A DNA stretch of 64,000 nucleotides from Octopus sinensis (GCF_006345805.1 NC_043010.1:22506001-22570000); one strand, 5' to 3'; positions 38,160 through 51,920 are shown, counted from the first letter of the stretch. Translations and numbers: made by a program. Notes: generated by a model not told the origin, from the letters alone.

Positions 38160-38664
38160 ACTGCCTACCATCAGTTCCTCTAATCTATCCACCCGACCTT
38201 TATCACGTCACATGACTTACCTACCCGTCTACCAAGCTCCTAGCTTGATCTATTTCCCTGACGTCAGCATTTCACGTGATCCATGAACTGTATAAGCTGT
38301 TGACAAAGGGGTAGATATATTATTTTGGTTGTTTACCGATGGGCATATTTTTTACGGGTACAGATTGTCCGTCGATATCTTTTTGTTTTGTAAAGTGTTT
38401 TGTTTTCCCGACGGGTGGATAAATTATTTGCAGTGTTTCTAGCAGGGTATATTCACAATATAAGCGTAGTTAGCAGGGTAAATAAATTACTCGGCTATAT
38501 TTTCAATTCACGTGATCTATATACTCACCTATCATAACTTACAGTGATATATCTGCCCACTTATTAACAACTAACATGATCTAGCTACCCGATTGTTTAC
38601 ACTACTCGTGCATCGAAACTTTGCTTGATCTCTCTCCCTCTCTCTCTCTTTCTCTCTCTCTCTC

Positions 38665-38752
<88 letters not shown>

Positions 38753-39860
38753 ACATCACTTCACACTGCCTAAATACCCCTATATCAAATTCTGACGTGA
38801 TCTGCCTATAATCGGGTGAATAGATTCTTTGAGCCATTTATCGATGGGTACATAAATCAAGTGTGCTGATATTAAATGATAGGTATGTGTATCACACGAA
38901 CTGTTGATGGACAGGTTTCTTCAGAAAGTGAACAGTTGATACATAAGTGGATAAATGCGAACCGTTTATGGATTGGTAGATAAACCATGTGAGTCGTTGT
39001 CAGACGGGTAGATAGGTTATGTTGCTATATCACCAATTCACGTGGTGTATCGATCCGTATATTAACACTTCACGTGATCTACCTTCCTGATTATCAGCAG
39101 TTCACATAATCCATCTCTCCGCTTATCATGATGAGCCAATGAAAGAGACTCCATCCATAAGGTTAGAAACAGCAGCCAAATCTGTAAATCCCATCCTCTC
39201 GTCTTTAGTAAAATTGAAGGACCTCTCGGATTATCTGATCCTATGTAGATTGTATTTAAAAAATATCATTTAGAGCTACCTAGGGTTAATTAACAATTGT
39301 AACGACAAAGAACCACCCCTTTCTTAACACCCCTAGTCATATGAAAATCAGTATGAGAGTAGCTCACTGGATCTTTCTACCCATCTTTGCACTAGTTCAC
39401 ATGACATATCCACCCGTTTATCAAGAGCAATTGGTGTCACCAAAACAACAAGTTCATTGTTCTTCCTTGATTGCATCAGGAAGGAAATTTTTACTGAGCC
39501 TGCTAAAAATTGCAGCGAAATATGCTTCTAATCATTTCGAACTTTCTTTTAAAAAAAGGGTATAATGGGAAATGTAATCTGAGGTACGCTATGTCTTCTT
39601 GATCAGGATCTAATTGGCGCTAAACAATAACCTATTTATCATCGGTTTACGTAATCTAGTAACCACTCAGATGATCTACTAACCCCTCACGTGACCTATT
39701 AACGCCTCATGTCACTCACCAACCCCTACAACAACTCATATTTGATCTCCTTGTCTCACTGCACCTTATTTTGTTTGTTTATTCGTCTGAAACATCTCAT
39801 ATAAATTATTTACCTGTCTACCATGAGCTCACATAATCTATATATCCATCTATCTATCAA
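38160..39860. repeat. Degenerate ~30-33-bp repeat region present in both orientations
   Basis: Recurrent TCAC(A/G)TGATCTAYCYACCCRT units on plus, with reverse-complement units (GACGGGTRGATA) interleaved. Confidence 0.55.
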
Positions 39861-40796
39861 TTTTTCTGTCTGTTTATCTATCTGTGTATCTGTTCGTCTA
39901 TGTCTGTCTGTTTGTGTGTGTATCTTTCTGCCTCTCTGATTTTTTGTTTGTCGACCTACAAACACCTATCAGTAGTCTTAGTGAAGGGCATTTCTATAAG
40001 AATCTCTAATCTCTCGGCCAATGAACAGACTCTCCTGAACAACACGCAATACAATAATGCAACCCTCACCGGTAGCAACTTAGGTGAGAAAATTGTGTAC
40101 TACGCTGAGACCGCCTTTAAGTCAACCTTCGGTGAACCTTGCTCTGTAGCAATCAATCCGGATCGTAGCTCGGAGTTCCTTCCGGTTTCAGAAGTGCAGG
40201 TATACACCGCCTGAGTGTCCAGGAACGGGATGAGTTGTCAAGACCCTTTGACTGAGAACGCGAGTCGAAGTCTAACCCTAGGTACGCCAGATCTGAACGT
40301 TGCGCTAGTTGTGACACTAATGTTCAGGCTATCCGGAAGGCTGTGGCTGAAGATGTAGCTGCTTAAGTGACACGCGGAGCCAGTCACGCTTCACACATGC
40401 TAGTGGCGATGCAGACAGTAGGGGAACTGGTACACGCCATAGTATACCACACTCTTTTACGTCGCATCACCCACCAAAGATGCCGGTGGTCACGCCTCTA
40501 GGAGTATGACACCCTACCCACCTGGCTACTTCTCGCTGCAGTTCAATTATTGGCCATGATAGGCGCAGAATAAGTGTGGCCGCTTCAGGAACTTTATAAT
40601 GGTATAACCTCTTCCTCCGCAGTTCGGTGAAAAATAATGGTCAGACAGTTTTATTAGATTCTTAGAAGTAATTTTCCATCCCCAGCAGAGACTCTATGAA
40701 ATAATTAATAAGAATACGGTCAAGCTGTCTTACTCTCCCACAACGAACCTTGGATCTATCAACACCTCTAAAAGGCTGAAGCTTCAGGGTCAGCTA

Positions 40797-40884
<88 letters not shown>

Positions 40885-40944
40885 GTGCGTACGTGTGTGT
40901 GTGTGTCTGGGTGTAAGTCCAGTAATTTTTTTAACTTAATACCA

Positions 40945-41165
40945 GTAACGTATAGGCTGCGAGTTGCCAGATACCTTAGTCCGCCGAGTGAAATGCTTAG
41001 CGGTATTTCGTCTATCGTTACGTTCTGAGTTCAAATTCCGCCGAGGTCGACTTTGCCTTTCATTCTTTCGGGGTCGATAAATTAATTACCAGTTGAGTAC
41101 TGGGGTCGATCTAATCGACTGGCTCCCTCCCCCAAACTTTCGGCCTAGAATAGAAAAGAATATCA
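40945..41165 (+). mobile_element. SINE family A
   Basis: GAAATGCTTAGCGGTATTTCGTC..GAGTTCAAATTCCGCCGAGGTCGAC. Confidence 0.9.
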
Positions 41166-42488
41166 GTAACGTATAGACATAAAGAGTCGGATGCGCACTC
41201 GTACAGCTCTATACATAAATATATAGACGCACATATACATACACACATATGTATATAAAAGAACTGCGAGGCCCCTCACGAGTGACTCAAGAGTCTGCAG
41301 TTTCGCGCAACCAAATATTCAAATCTGAGTCCAATAAATGCATAGCACGAAATGATGCAACAAACACACACATTTGTGTATTCACACATAAATATGATAT
41401 ATACAAGCACATATAGAATAACTCGTGAACATATATATCGTCTTGATTAAATTGGTTTCTGGGTAGGGAATAAAACTAGTAGGGAGACACGTGTCTAACA
41501 AATGGTGGATCATTTAAGGGCGCCAATAACTTAGAAGGAACACGCGTGTCTTAAAAGCAGGAGGAACAATTAGAAGAAGGGAAGCGTTAGAATAGACACA
41601 CGTATCAGACAATGGTTTCGATCTGGTTAATAAACGATGCGTCTACATAGACATGTCGATGCCGCGGTCCCTGGAGACGTGCGCATTCTTTAGAGATTAA
41701 AACATTAAAATTTATTTTGAGCAATACCAGAAATATATATTCTGAAGTGGAATTAATTAATCTATATATTTTTGCGTTGCGGTTGTGATGTAGAGATAGC
41801 TGCGTGGTGAAGCAGTTTGCTACGAAGTTTTCGTTTCGATCCCTCAGCGTGGAACCTTGCACGAAGGAATTTAAAATAGCCCCTAGTCGGCCAGATATTT
41901 GAGAGCTTCTCCGTACATCATCCTGAGATAAACCTGGATACATTATTAGTGAGAATTCTAGGGGTCATTTCACGTTTCGGATCATTCGATCTCAGAGATT
42001 CTTGCTAGGATAACACAGGTGTTGGCTGGTCAAGCCCCAGTTTGTGTCCAGTTAGTCACATATCTGGTAGCACTGCTCTTTCAAGGACTCTCACCATAGC
42101 CACCTTGAGGCACCTCCGCTGCCTCCACAACCACATTTTGGTAGACATAAACTGTGCGATATTTCGTTGAAGAAACCCACATAATTACTCGCATGCGCGA
42201 GAGTACGGTTTGGAAGCAACACCTGGTTTTTAGTGCCATTAACAGATACCATTCTGATACAAGTATGCGAACCAGGTCCCAGTAAGTCATTACTCATAAG
42301 TCATTACTTATTCATATTTTCCCAGCAGTCTTGGAAACCATTTTCACGGCACCTCCAAGACTATTGGAGAGAAAAGCTTCTAATTAAATTATCTTTTCTA
42401 CTATAGGCGCACCTGTCCAATTAAAAAAGTATGGATTCTCTCCATGGTATTTTTATTTTCTATGCTCTATGTAAATGTATTTGTTTGT

Positions 42489-42570
<82 letters not shown>

Positions 42571-42784
42571 TAATCTATCTATCTCAGTGTGTGTGTCTGT
42601 ATGTATATCTATCTACATGTATATATGTGTGCGTGTGCGTGTGTGTGTATCTATATATGTATATGTATACATGTTTATATGTTCGTATATTTATATTAAC
42701 AAGAATAATCATCTTAATCTACACCACTGTCACTCTCGCTGTTTCTCTTTCTCTCTATCTCTCTGTTTATACATGCATGTGTGC

Positions 42785-42857
<73 letters not shown>

Positions 42858-43200
42858 TTGTCTGTGTGATACGATATAATACATTACGTAAAGCGGTGTC
42901 GGGAATCTCACATACCGAAGCTCTTTCTTAGTAATTGCCAGTGTCTTTCGCAACCGACCAAACTAAATGAATACGCTATCTCATTGTATTGAGTGCTGTT
43001 TTGTTTGTTCCTGCGGTTAATATTTGTTTACTCACACGCACGCGCACACACACACACACACGACCGCGCGCGCGCACACACACACTCGCACACGCATCTG
43101 GTTTTGTCGAGTTTTTGTAAAGCGGTTGTCGCTAATGTTATTTTTTTTGTTCGTCTCTTACTTTTATTTATTCCATAAGCTGTAAAAACAAATAATGACA

Positions 43201-43666
43201 ACATTAATCTACTTTATACGTGTTTAAAGAGTTATTTTATTAAACTCCAGACGCGTTTCGACTCATCCAAATATCTTCAGTACTGTTGTTGAACTTCTGT
43301 ATTTAAAGGGTAACATTATATTTGTATCAATGGCCTGTTCAGTTCTTTTATAATGTTATTTACAGTGAAACTTGTATGCAGTTATAGAAATCAGATAAGA
43401 TGAAGTATGAAGGTGAGACAGATTAAAGTGGTTTTCTTTTTTATATAACTTTATTCACTTTAACCCTTCACCTTTCATCTTATCCGATTTCTTAAACTAC
43501 ACAGATCTTTGAATGTAAATAACATTAGGTTTTAATTGAACACACCATTAATACAAATATAATTTTCCTTTAAAAATCAGTCCACCAACTGTGCTGAATA
43601 GATCTGAGTGAATCTACTGGAGTTTAATAAAATAACTTATTAAATACATACAAAGTAGATTAATGC
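43201..43666. mobile_element. Old PLE-type inverted pLTR pair with decayed hammerhead motifs
   Basis: ~50-bp imperfect inverted repeat 43201-43250 / 43617-43666 with a perfect 20-bp core; the minus strand at 43244-43286 reads CTGAAGA..GAGTC-GAA-ACGCGT-C-TGGAG. Confidence 0.5.
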
Positions 43667-44624
43667 CCTTCTTAGTTTGTTCTTTCACATTTATACAGTA
43701 AAAAGTGATGTATGCATCATATAAAATAAAATAACACAAATTACCCTCTTTCGCTTCAAAAAGAAGTGAACGGATGCGGAAATATGGTGTTGAATTGTGT
43801 ACAGTACGGTTGCTGCCATTTTAACGACCAATGGCTGGTTGTTGTGAGAAGACGGAACCAATATATGCAACAGAAGAACTGTCTTTCCGCTCAGAAGCGG
43901 TTGGTAGGAACCTGGAGTAGCTCGAAGTGGAGACTTCCACTAAAATGTATCTAAGACATTAATATTTCTTACTTTCTGTCTTTCTTTCTTTCTTTCTTTC
44001 TGTCTTTCTTTCTTACACACACACGCACACACACACACACACAGAAACACAGAAACACACATGCACATACATATATACTGGAAGTAATAACATTAATGAG
44101 GTTATCCAAGGCGCTTCTGGCTATGTACTCAGTCCCCAGAGCTGTTTCGTGTATATCAACGCTAGGTGAACTCTCTTACTTAAGCACAAACTTAGAGTAG
44201 AAATATTCGTCATACAATTAGAAAGTTATGCATAGATACATATCCAGCAAGTTAGAAAATACCAGCATTGACGGAAATAGTTGCCACTCTTGGTCCTGCA
44301 ATAAATACTTTACATTTCATCCAGATGGCTGCATCTTTGCTAAGCAGACGCATGAGACAGCTACTAAATACTTGATCAACGATACAGATAGGGATGTCTC
44401 TAGAACAGTCATGGTTAAAAATTTTCGAGTGGTGAACCGCATGAGACATGGCTCACCATTAAGTGGGCTGCAATACTAAAAATTCAAGATAATTTTTTGG
44501 TAGGTGTACCATTTAGAAAATCTTGCGGAAAGCAGTTTGCCCACGACTGCTCTAAACATTCATCTCATGTTAGAAAATGGTGATAACTTTATACTAGATT
44601 GGAAGATATTTATTTTTTTATTAT

Positions 44625-44845
44625 CCACAGGGGGCTAAACATAGAGGGGACAAACAAGGAGAGACAAAGGGATTAAGTCGATTACATCGACCCCAGTGTG
44701 TAACTAGTACTTATTTAATCGACACCGAAAGCATGAAAGGCAAAGTGGACCTCAGCGGAATTTGAACTCAGAACGTAGCGGCAGACGGAATACTAGTAAG
44801 CATTTCGCCCTGCGTACTAACGATTCTGCCAGCTCACTGCCCTAA
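44625..44845 (-). mobile_element. SINE family A
   Basis: Reverse complement of the consensus. Confidence 0.85.
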
Positions 44846-45136
44846 AAAAATTGGAACATATTAGTCACGGTAGCAGCAGCTCTGCAAAAGTGTCTGCTAG
44901 TGCTACTTTCCGATTAAGTTTAATACTGTCGCTAAAACTATCTCCAATGATATACACCACATGGATTGTCCAGATGGTCATAATAAAGGCACAAAAGAAC
45001 TGTCTAAAATCTACAGCTTTATAAATGAAGTATACTGCTGGAACATACTTATAAAGAGAGTAATCCAGTATAAGCGCAATAAGCTAGTTAACGTAGTATA
45101 GGAAAGGGAGCAGACATCATTAGGGACCAGCTCCTC

Positions 45137-45525
45137 GGCGGCTGTGTGGTAAGTAGCTTGCTTACCGACCACATGCGTGGAACCGTGGGCAAGTGTCTTC
45201 TGTAATAGCCTCTGGCTGACTAATACCTTGTGAGTGGATTTGGTAGACGGGATCTGAAAGAAGCCCGTCGCATATATATATATGTGTGTGTGTGCATGTG
45301 TGTGTGTGTGCGAGCGTGCGTTTGTGTGTCTGTGTTTGTCACCCCACCATCGTTTGACAACCACTACTGGTGTGTTAACGTCCCCACGAGCTAGCGGTTC
45401 GGCAAAAGTAACCGATAAAATAAGTACTAGACTTACAAAGAATAAGTCTGGGAGTCGATTTGTTCGACCAAAGCAGTGCTCCAGCATGGCCGCAGTCAGA
45501 TGACTGAAACAAGTAAAAGAATGAA
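45137..45525 (+). mobile_element. SINE family B, near full length
   Basis: Head through tail CCAGCATGGCCGCAGTCAGATGACTGAAACAAGTAAAAGA. Confidence 0.9.
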
Positions 45526-45879
45526 AAAAATAATGAACTAATGAAAAATTCACAGCTCTTATATCAGAGGCTCCAGAGTTTCATGTGTATCTATTATCAT
45601 TGACGCATTTATCTACGCATCATCAGGTCCGCATAAAAACCTAGCAACGCTACGTTTCTCTAAATAAGAACAGAACAGGCTGACGTCCATTCTCTGACAT
45701 AGTCGATGAGAAGTATATTGGTAATCTGCTCATGCATATAATGCACACACCAACCGATTCACATAACTACAAACACACACATATACACACATGTACGCAC
45801 ACATACACACATGTACGCACACGCATACACACATGATATAATATAATATAATATGATATAATATGATATTATATTATAT

Positions 45880-45934
<55 letters not shown>

Positions 45935-46756
45935 ATGCGTGTGTGTGTGTGTATAGTAAACAAGATTACATATACAGCCCACAGATCACGTACACTCGTA
46001 AAGCAGGTCTTTGCGTTTTTGACAGCTGAGAAACATTACAACATTTTCAAAATACATTTCGAAATCATATGATAAAGAGGTAAAACTACCAGCAATGTAT
46101 ATGATATAAGGGAAAAGTTACCAGTATTTAGAAGTGTGTAAAGCATTGTGACCTATGTTGTATAGAGAAACTTCACATCAGTCTTTGCTTGATTCCGGTG
46201 CAAACCAATAGAATTGATCTTATCTCAACCTGCCCATACATGGCTAAATTCCTTCTTCTGAACTTAATATTAGTCGTAGCTTGACTCCAATCGTAACTAA
46301 TAGAAACGAACTTATTTCAACCTGTTCAGACGAGGTTTAATCCTTTCTTGTGAACTTCAAAACAGACTTTCTTAATTCATAATAAATAGTAAATGCGTCA
46401 ATGATTTTGTGATCAATTGAAGGTTGTGAGCCATGCTTTCTAAACCATCTGATGCGGTGTAGAATCGAGGAAATGATTGTTTGAACGAGACTGTGGTTCG
46501 GATTATTTGTATGTCTATTTACCTTATATAGGAATAAAACACGATCACACAAACACAAACATATATACATACATGCATACATACATACCCACACGCTCAT
46601 ATATAAACATGCAAGCACATACACATTGTAGAAATTTGTGTCCTCAAGTACGTTTGCCGGTATTTGTGTGTGTGTGTGTGAATATATGAGTGTATTCATG
46701 TGTGTGTGCATGTATGCGTGTGTGTGTGCGTGCGTGCGTGTGTGTGTGTGTGTGTG

Positions 46757-46787
<31 letters not shown>

Positions 46788-46860
46788 CGAAATTTGCTAC
46801 GGAGAAACTAGCAATAATTTTGAAAGTTTCGAAAGATCTGACAAAAGATTATTGTAAGAG

Positions 46861-47005
46861 GGCCCAAGACATATCGATTCCCAACCGCGTTTACCATCAA
46901 ATGCATAAGGGGACCAAGATATATCGATTATCAGTCGTCTATAACATGAAGTCTTAGAAAGGTCCAAGATGTATCGATTATCAGCCGTTTATAACATCAA
47001 GTACA
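46861..47005. repeat. Three degenerate 50-bp tandem units
   Basis: GGNCCAAGAY(A/G)TATCGATT recurs at 46861, 46911 and 46961. Confidence 0.75.
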
Positions 47006-47752
47006 GTCATCAGACAATGCTCTCTGATGCAATTTCTCATATTGGCACATCGACTGTCAAATTACCTTTGGTCAGATGGTTGTATTCACCAATGAAAAGT
47101 AGCTGATCGATAGATCGATAGTTTTAATGTCACATTAACTAAGAATGGACAATACCGGAATAACTAAATAAATAAATAAATGAATAAATGAATGAAATCA
47201 ATGAATAAAGATTTCAACTTGGATATTGATTTTATATAAAGATTTCATAAGTGCATACATAATGTCTAAACAGTTTTGGGCGATGGATATACATTGGTGC
47301 ACACAGCTACGCAGATGCGCGAGTCAGTGACGGGGTCACTATGTGCCGCTTGATCTGGTAGAAGTGACAATCAAGTCTTCATCGAATCACTTTCATTCGT
47401 CTAAAGAAAGGGAAGAACACATTGGATAATTTCTTCCGAGAGATGCTGTCTGACAGAATGAAATATACAGAACTGTCTGTCACGATGATGTTGTAAGCCG
47501 CAATAGAAAGTAATTACGTTGGCACTAGACACACACATACACTAATACACGCACACGCACACATACACACATATACACACTTATACACACATACACAATT
47601 ATAGGTACATGCACGTAAATACACAGATATGTACGTATGCATATGTATAGGTATACATATAGTAAGATCGACAGAAATAGTAAAGTTACTGGGAGTGGAA
47701 AATCCAACGTTTCGGACAGACTTCCTTTATCGAAAATAAGTTGACAAGAGAG

Positions 47753-47795
<43 letters not shown>

Positions 47796-48335
47796 TTGAG
47801 CTCTATTCTGCGGCTGATATTAAGATATCCAGTACTGTTCTTCATCAACAAATGAATAGAGGAAACATGTGTTTCAGTAAATATATTTCAAAAACTTCAT
47901 TAACAGTATTCCAAGACAATGCAATTTAGAGATAAAAGATGAAGACAAAAAGAAACTGTAATTCTAAAGTCAAAATGTATGCAAGAAAGGTAATGAATAA
48001 CAACGCATAGTTCCATGTGTGTGTCAGAAAGATATGAAGAAAGAGCAGAGTATTAGAAGAGAACATCGTCCTGACGAAGATCACAAGACCTTATTTCTTC
48101 GGTGGACATTTTCACTCGGTTGTCAGCATAATTACACCCACTTGTGATTACATGTGTGTGTGTGCACGAGCGTATACATTCTGTGCGCTTTTTTTGTCTT
48201 CATCTTTCTTCAATAACACTATCTTAATCTATTTTTCTGTCTCAGCCTATGTTCTATCTTCTCAATGTACACACACACATACACACAGACATAACACATA
48301 TATAATATATATCATACGCACACACACACATACTT

Positions 48336-48421
<86 letters not shown>

Positions 48422-48575
48422 TATACACACGCATATATATATATATATTTATTGTATGTGTATCTCTCGCATCATATATTGGTTTTCTATTAACCGATAC
48501 TGCTACCATGGCCTCTAACTAAGCAAAGCTTGGTTATGTTCATTCACTTACAACTTTATTCCTTCTACATATATT

Positions 48576-48631
<56 letters not shown>

Positions 48632-48632
48632 T

Positions 48633-48672
<40 letters not shown>

Positions 48673-49444
48673 AACATATATATATATGTATATATATATA
48701 GACACATACATACTTATATAACCCTATTTGATCCGAGGTTAATACTTTTATACACATGATTATCTTGAGTCATTAACCAACGTCAGCTCATTTATTTAAT
48801 CCAATATTATCTTTTCCACTATAGCCTCCCATAATTTTCCAAACGCATCTATTACTATTATTATTGTTGTTATTACTCCTGAAGTTATTATTATTGTCAT
48901 ATATATATATATATTAGCTCTGTAGCTGTGTTGGTGTCTTAGTTAGCTTTTCGTCTTCGTTTTCCGTTTTCCGTATTTCGGTTTTTCCTTTGCTTTGTTT
49001 CGCTTTGTTTCATTATGGACTTAACCAATCGCATTTCGTCTGTTACGTCTGTCTGTCTAGTATGCGTTGATTGTTCACATACAATCCAGCTTTTTCATTT
49101 CAGCCAGAGAATTGATTGATCTTCTTATGTCTTTGGAGTGCCAGACAATGTCTTAGCTATTTGCCATTACTTAGACTCGCCTCTCTCTGTTCATAACATC
49201 GCCATAGCACACATAACAGAACACACAACATTACGACAGAGCATTAAACATAGGCTTCCAGACTGACGCTTTTTATACGAAGCAAACTTATTCCAGCCGA
49301 CATATTTCTAAACGTTTAAAGTAGTCAAACACTTCCTTCGTCTCCTTCTTCCTTCCTTTCTTTCTATTTAGTCTACACAACCGCGCACCCGCGAATCTAT
49401 GCGTGTGTGCTTGCGCGTATGTAGGAAAGCGTGTGTATATATTA

Positions 49445-49580
49445 ATCACGTTGAAATTTCCGCCGAGATCAACTTTACCTTTCATCTTTTCGGGGTCGAT
49501 AAATTAAGCACCAGTTGCGTACAGGGGTCGATCTAATCGACTGGCCCCTCTCACAAAATTTCGCGTCTAGTGCCTATAGT
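49445..49580 (+). mobile_element. SINE family A partial
   Basis: CCGCCGAGATCAACTTTACCTTTCATC..GGGGTCGATCTAATCGACTGGCCCC. Confidence 0.8.
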
Positions 49581-49597
49581 AGTAAGGATTATTATTA

Positions 49598-49645
<48 letters not shown>

Positions 49646-49646
<1 letters not shown>

Positions 49647-50399
49647 TTTTTTTCTTCTTTCAAATTTGCTTCCATTTCTTGCCGAGTGTCTTCCCGACTC
49701 CTAGGGCAAAGAAACTCATAGTATACATTGGTAGGCCATTAAACCAAACTCAATACTTCGTTCATTTTTTTTAATTTTAATTTTTTTTTAAGTTAAATTA
49801 AAATACATGGGTAGTAATAATTCTCACATCGACAATGCTCTCAATACGTATGATGTACCAGTTAAGACAATCTTTTGTACTTCTTGCAGGGATGGTAAGC
49901 CAGGGATCATTCTCATATAATTTTCGGTTCCCTTCTTGATCATTCCTAGTGCTCCTACGATCACTGGTATTGTAACCGCCTTGAGATGCCACATTTTCTC
50001 AATTTCAATGAGTAGGTCTTTATATTTTCTGAGCTTGTCAAACACTTTCGCTGAGATATTATGAACTACCAGGCCAATGTGATGAAAAATGGAGCAGACC
50101 CAAAATGCCGATTCTGCAACGACATGATTGAAACAGTGGACCACCTAATCTCTGGATGTAAAGTCTTAGCACCAGTGGAGTATAAATTAAGACATGACAG
50201 AGTTGGCCAATATCTACACTGGCTAATAAGTCGGCATTACAATATCAAAACTGCCGACAAGTGGTATAATCACCACCCTGAGGCTGTAACTGAAGGAGAA
50301 AATGTAACCATTCAGTGAGACTTTCCAGTATATACAGACCGAACCATCAAGGCCAATAAACCAGATATTGTTGTGAAAGACCAAAACTATAAAGTTTGC

Positions 50400-50400
<1 letters not shown>
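49646..50400 (-). mobile_element. R4/Dong-like REL-endonuclease LINE (family Dong-A), 5'-truncated with 5' inversion
   Basis: Minus 50063-49824: HNISAKVFDKLRKYKDL..IPVIVGALG..ALSM-stop, then 3' UTR and (TAA)n. Plus 50064-50400: CRFC..ETVDHLISGC..RHD..NKPDIVVKD..KVCL. (TTA)n on both sides. Confidence 0.9.
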
Positions 50401-50445
<45 letters not shown>

Positions 50446-50446
<1 letters not shown>

Positions 50447-50647
50447 GAGTGAGAGGGTAGTGCATGCCATCAAATTGACGCTGGGGTAAAATATACGAAG
50501 CCCAGTATACCCATCATGATTACCCGTCTTATAAGGGAACACCAAGCATATGCATCACAACCATATGTGTTCAGTTCGTGTCGCCCATCCCGCTCAAAAG
50601 GTCCCTGAATATGGTTTGTTTAAGGATGATGAGCAAAACACCCATGT
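50446..50647 (-). mobile_element. Family C retroposon, internally deleted
   Basis: Homologous to 2844-3115. Confidence 0.6.
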
Positions 50648-50853
50648 GACCGCGTGTGTGTACCGTTGGCGATTTTTTTCCTCCGTCTTCCCTTCTTTGG
50701 ATTTTTCCTTTTCCTATGTTCTGACGAAGAGCTCCGCTCGAAACGTTGAACCCTCCTTCTTTCCTTCTTTCCTGAGCGTCCAATAATACTATACTTGTTC
50801 CACGTCCTCGCGTTGTTGAGTTTTCTCTTTGTGTTTTCATGTTGGGATTAACT
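50646..50853 (+). mobile_element. PLE pLTR-like family P1, second copy with CTGACGA..GAAAC core
   Basis: Homologous to 6200-6406; core at 50721-50745, stem I decayed. Confidence 0.65.
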
Positions 50854-50861
50854 GTATTTAT

Positions 50862-50901
<40 letters not shown>

Positions 50902-51228
50902 CGAGGAGTACCGAAAAGTAACCGGAACCTACTCTGTGGGACAAATCCATTGTAGTTCAGGCTTCCGCCGCTAGAAGCCACTTGATACATTCCTCAGGCA
51001 TCAGTTTGCCGAACGGTGTCGTTGAGTGATATCCTGCTGCCACCTGGTGCGTCTTTGTTTTGCAGTGCTTCTCCCCTGTTCGTCGATTTTTGCGATGGCT
51101 GAAACGAAAGAACCACGTGTTTCCATGAAATTCTGTTTTCTGATGGGGGAAACGGTGGCCGAAACATTTGTCATGCTTCAAACAGCTTATAAGGACGCTG
51201 TCATGAGCAAAATGGTTTTCGCGCTTTA
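50902..51228 (+). mobile_element. Mariner 5' end fragment
   Basis: TA then TIR-like CGAGGAGTACCGAAAAGTAACCGGAAC; ATG at 51095 gives MAETKEPRVSMKFCFLMGETVAETFVMLQTAY (mariner N-terminal HTH). Confidence 0.8.
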
Positions 51229-51419
51229 GGTCAACCTCGTTCAGGGTGGCCTTCGACCTTCCGAACGAATAGCACACATTGGATAATAGTATTCTGGGTA
51301 CCCTGCATATTGGAAGAAACTGAATGGCCATGCGTGCAATGCCTTTCTTCGTTGGCCAGCTTCATCAGGATTGACCTGGGGTTAAGCATCAACAAATTAC
51401 CGTTGTTATCATTGTTGTT

Positions 51420-51822
51420 GTTGCTCTTGTTACTGTTGAAGCTTTTGTTTTTGTTGCTATTGTTGTTGTTGTGTTACCCGAAGTCTTCCCGCACTGAGCA
51501 GACGGGTGCCAATTGAGTGACACTGGTATCTGCTACGACAGCAATTTTGCTCGTCTTGATGGGTCTTACTCTCAAGCATGACATAACGCCAAAGGTTTTG
51601 GTCATTACCAACGCTAGAAAGGAACTCAACCACCAGCACGGGTGAACGTGACTTGACGGGTCCTCTCAAGCACAGCACAACACCAAAGGTCTCGGTCACC
51701 AGTCATTGCCTCTGTGAGGCTCAACGTTCGAAGATCATACTTCACCACCTCGTCCCATGACTACCTGCGTCTACCTTTACCACAGGTTCCCTCCACAGTT
51801 AGAGATCGACACTTCTTTACAC
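51420..51822 (-). mobile_element. RTE-clade LINE 3' end with (CAA)n tail
   Basis: Minus strand reads RMDEGSCVKKCRSLTVEGTCGKGRRR*SWDEVVKYDLRTL..DRDLW, typical of an RTE C-terminus (GRPRKTW motif decayed). Confidence 0.8.
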
Positions 51823-51887
51823 AAGAGCCCTCGTCCATACGCATATATACATACATACATACATGCATGCATACATACATACATACA

Positions 51888-51920
<33 letters not shown>

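Noticed and set aside
42086-42281. Putative exon between TTTCAAG and GTAAGT
   Set aside because: Stops in all three frames and no recognisable homology.
44228-44479. Possible PLE RT remnant (HGSPLSG resembles MGSPLS)
   Set aside because: Single short motif; flanking RT motifs A and C could not be aligned by eye.
46861-47005. Repeat-spacer-like 50-bp periodicity
   Set aside because: The spacer portions are homologous to each other and there are only three units; a simple tandem duplication.
47695-48100. Hammerhead fragments (minus strand ~47700-47740; CTGACGAAGATC at 48071)
   Set aside because: Core or GAAA half is missing or mutated; no complete three-stem fold.
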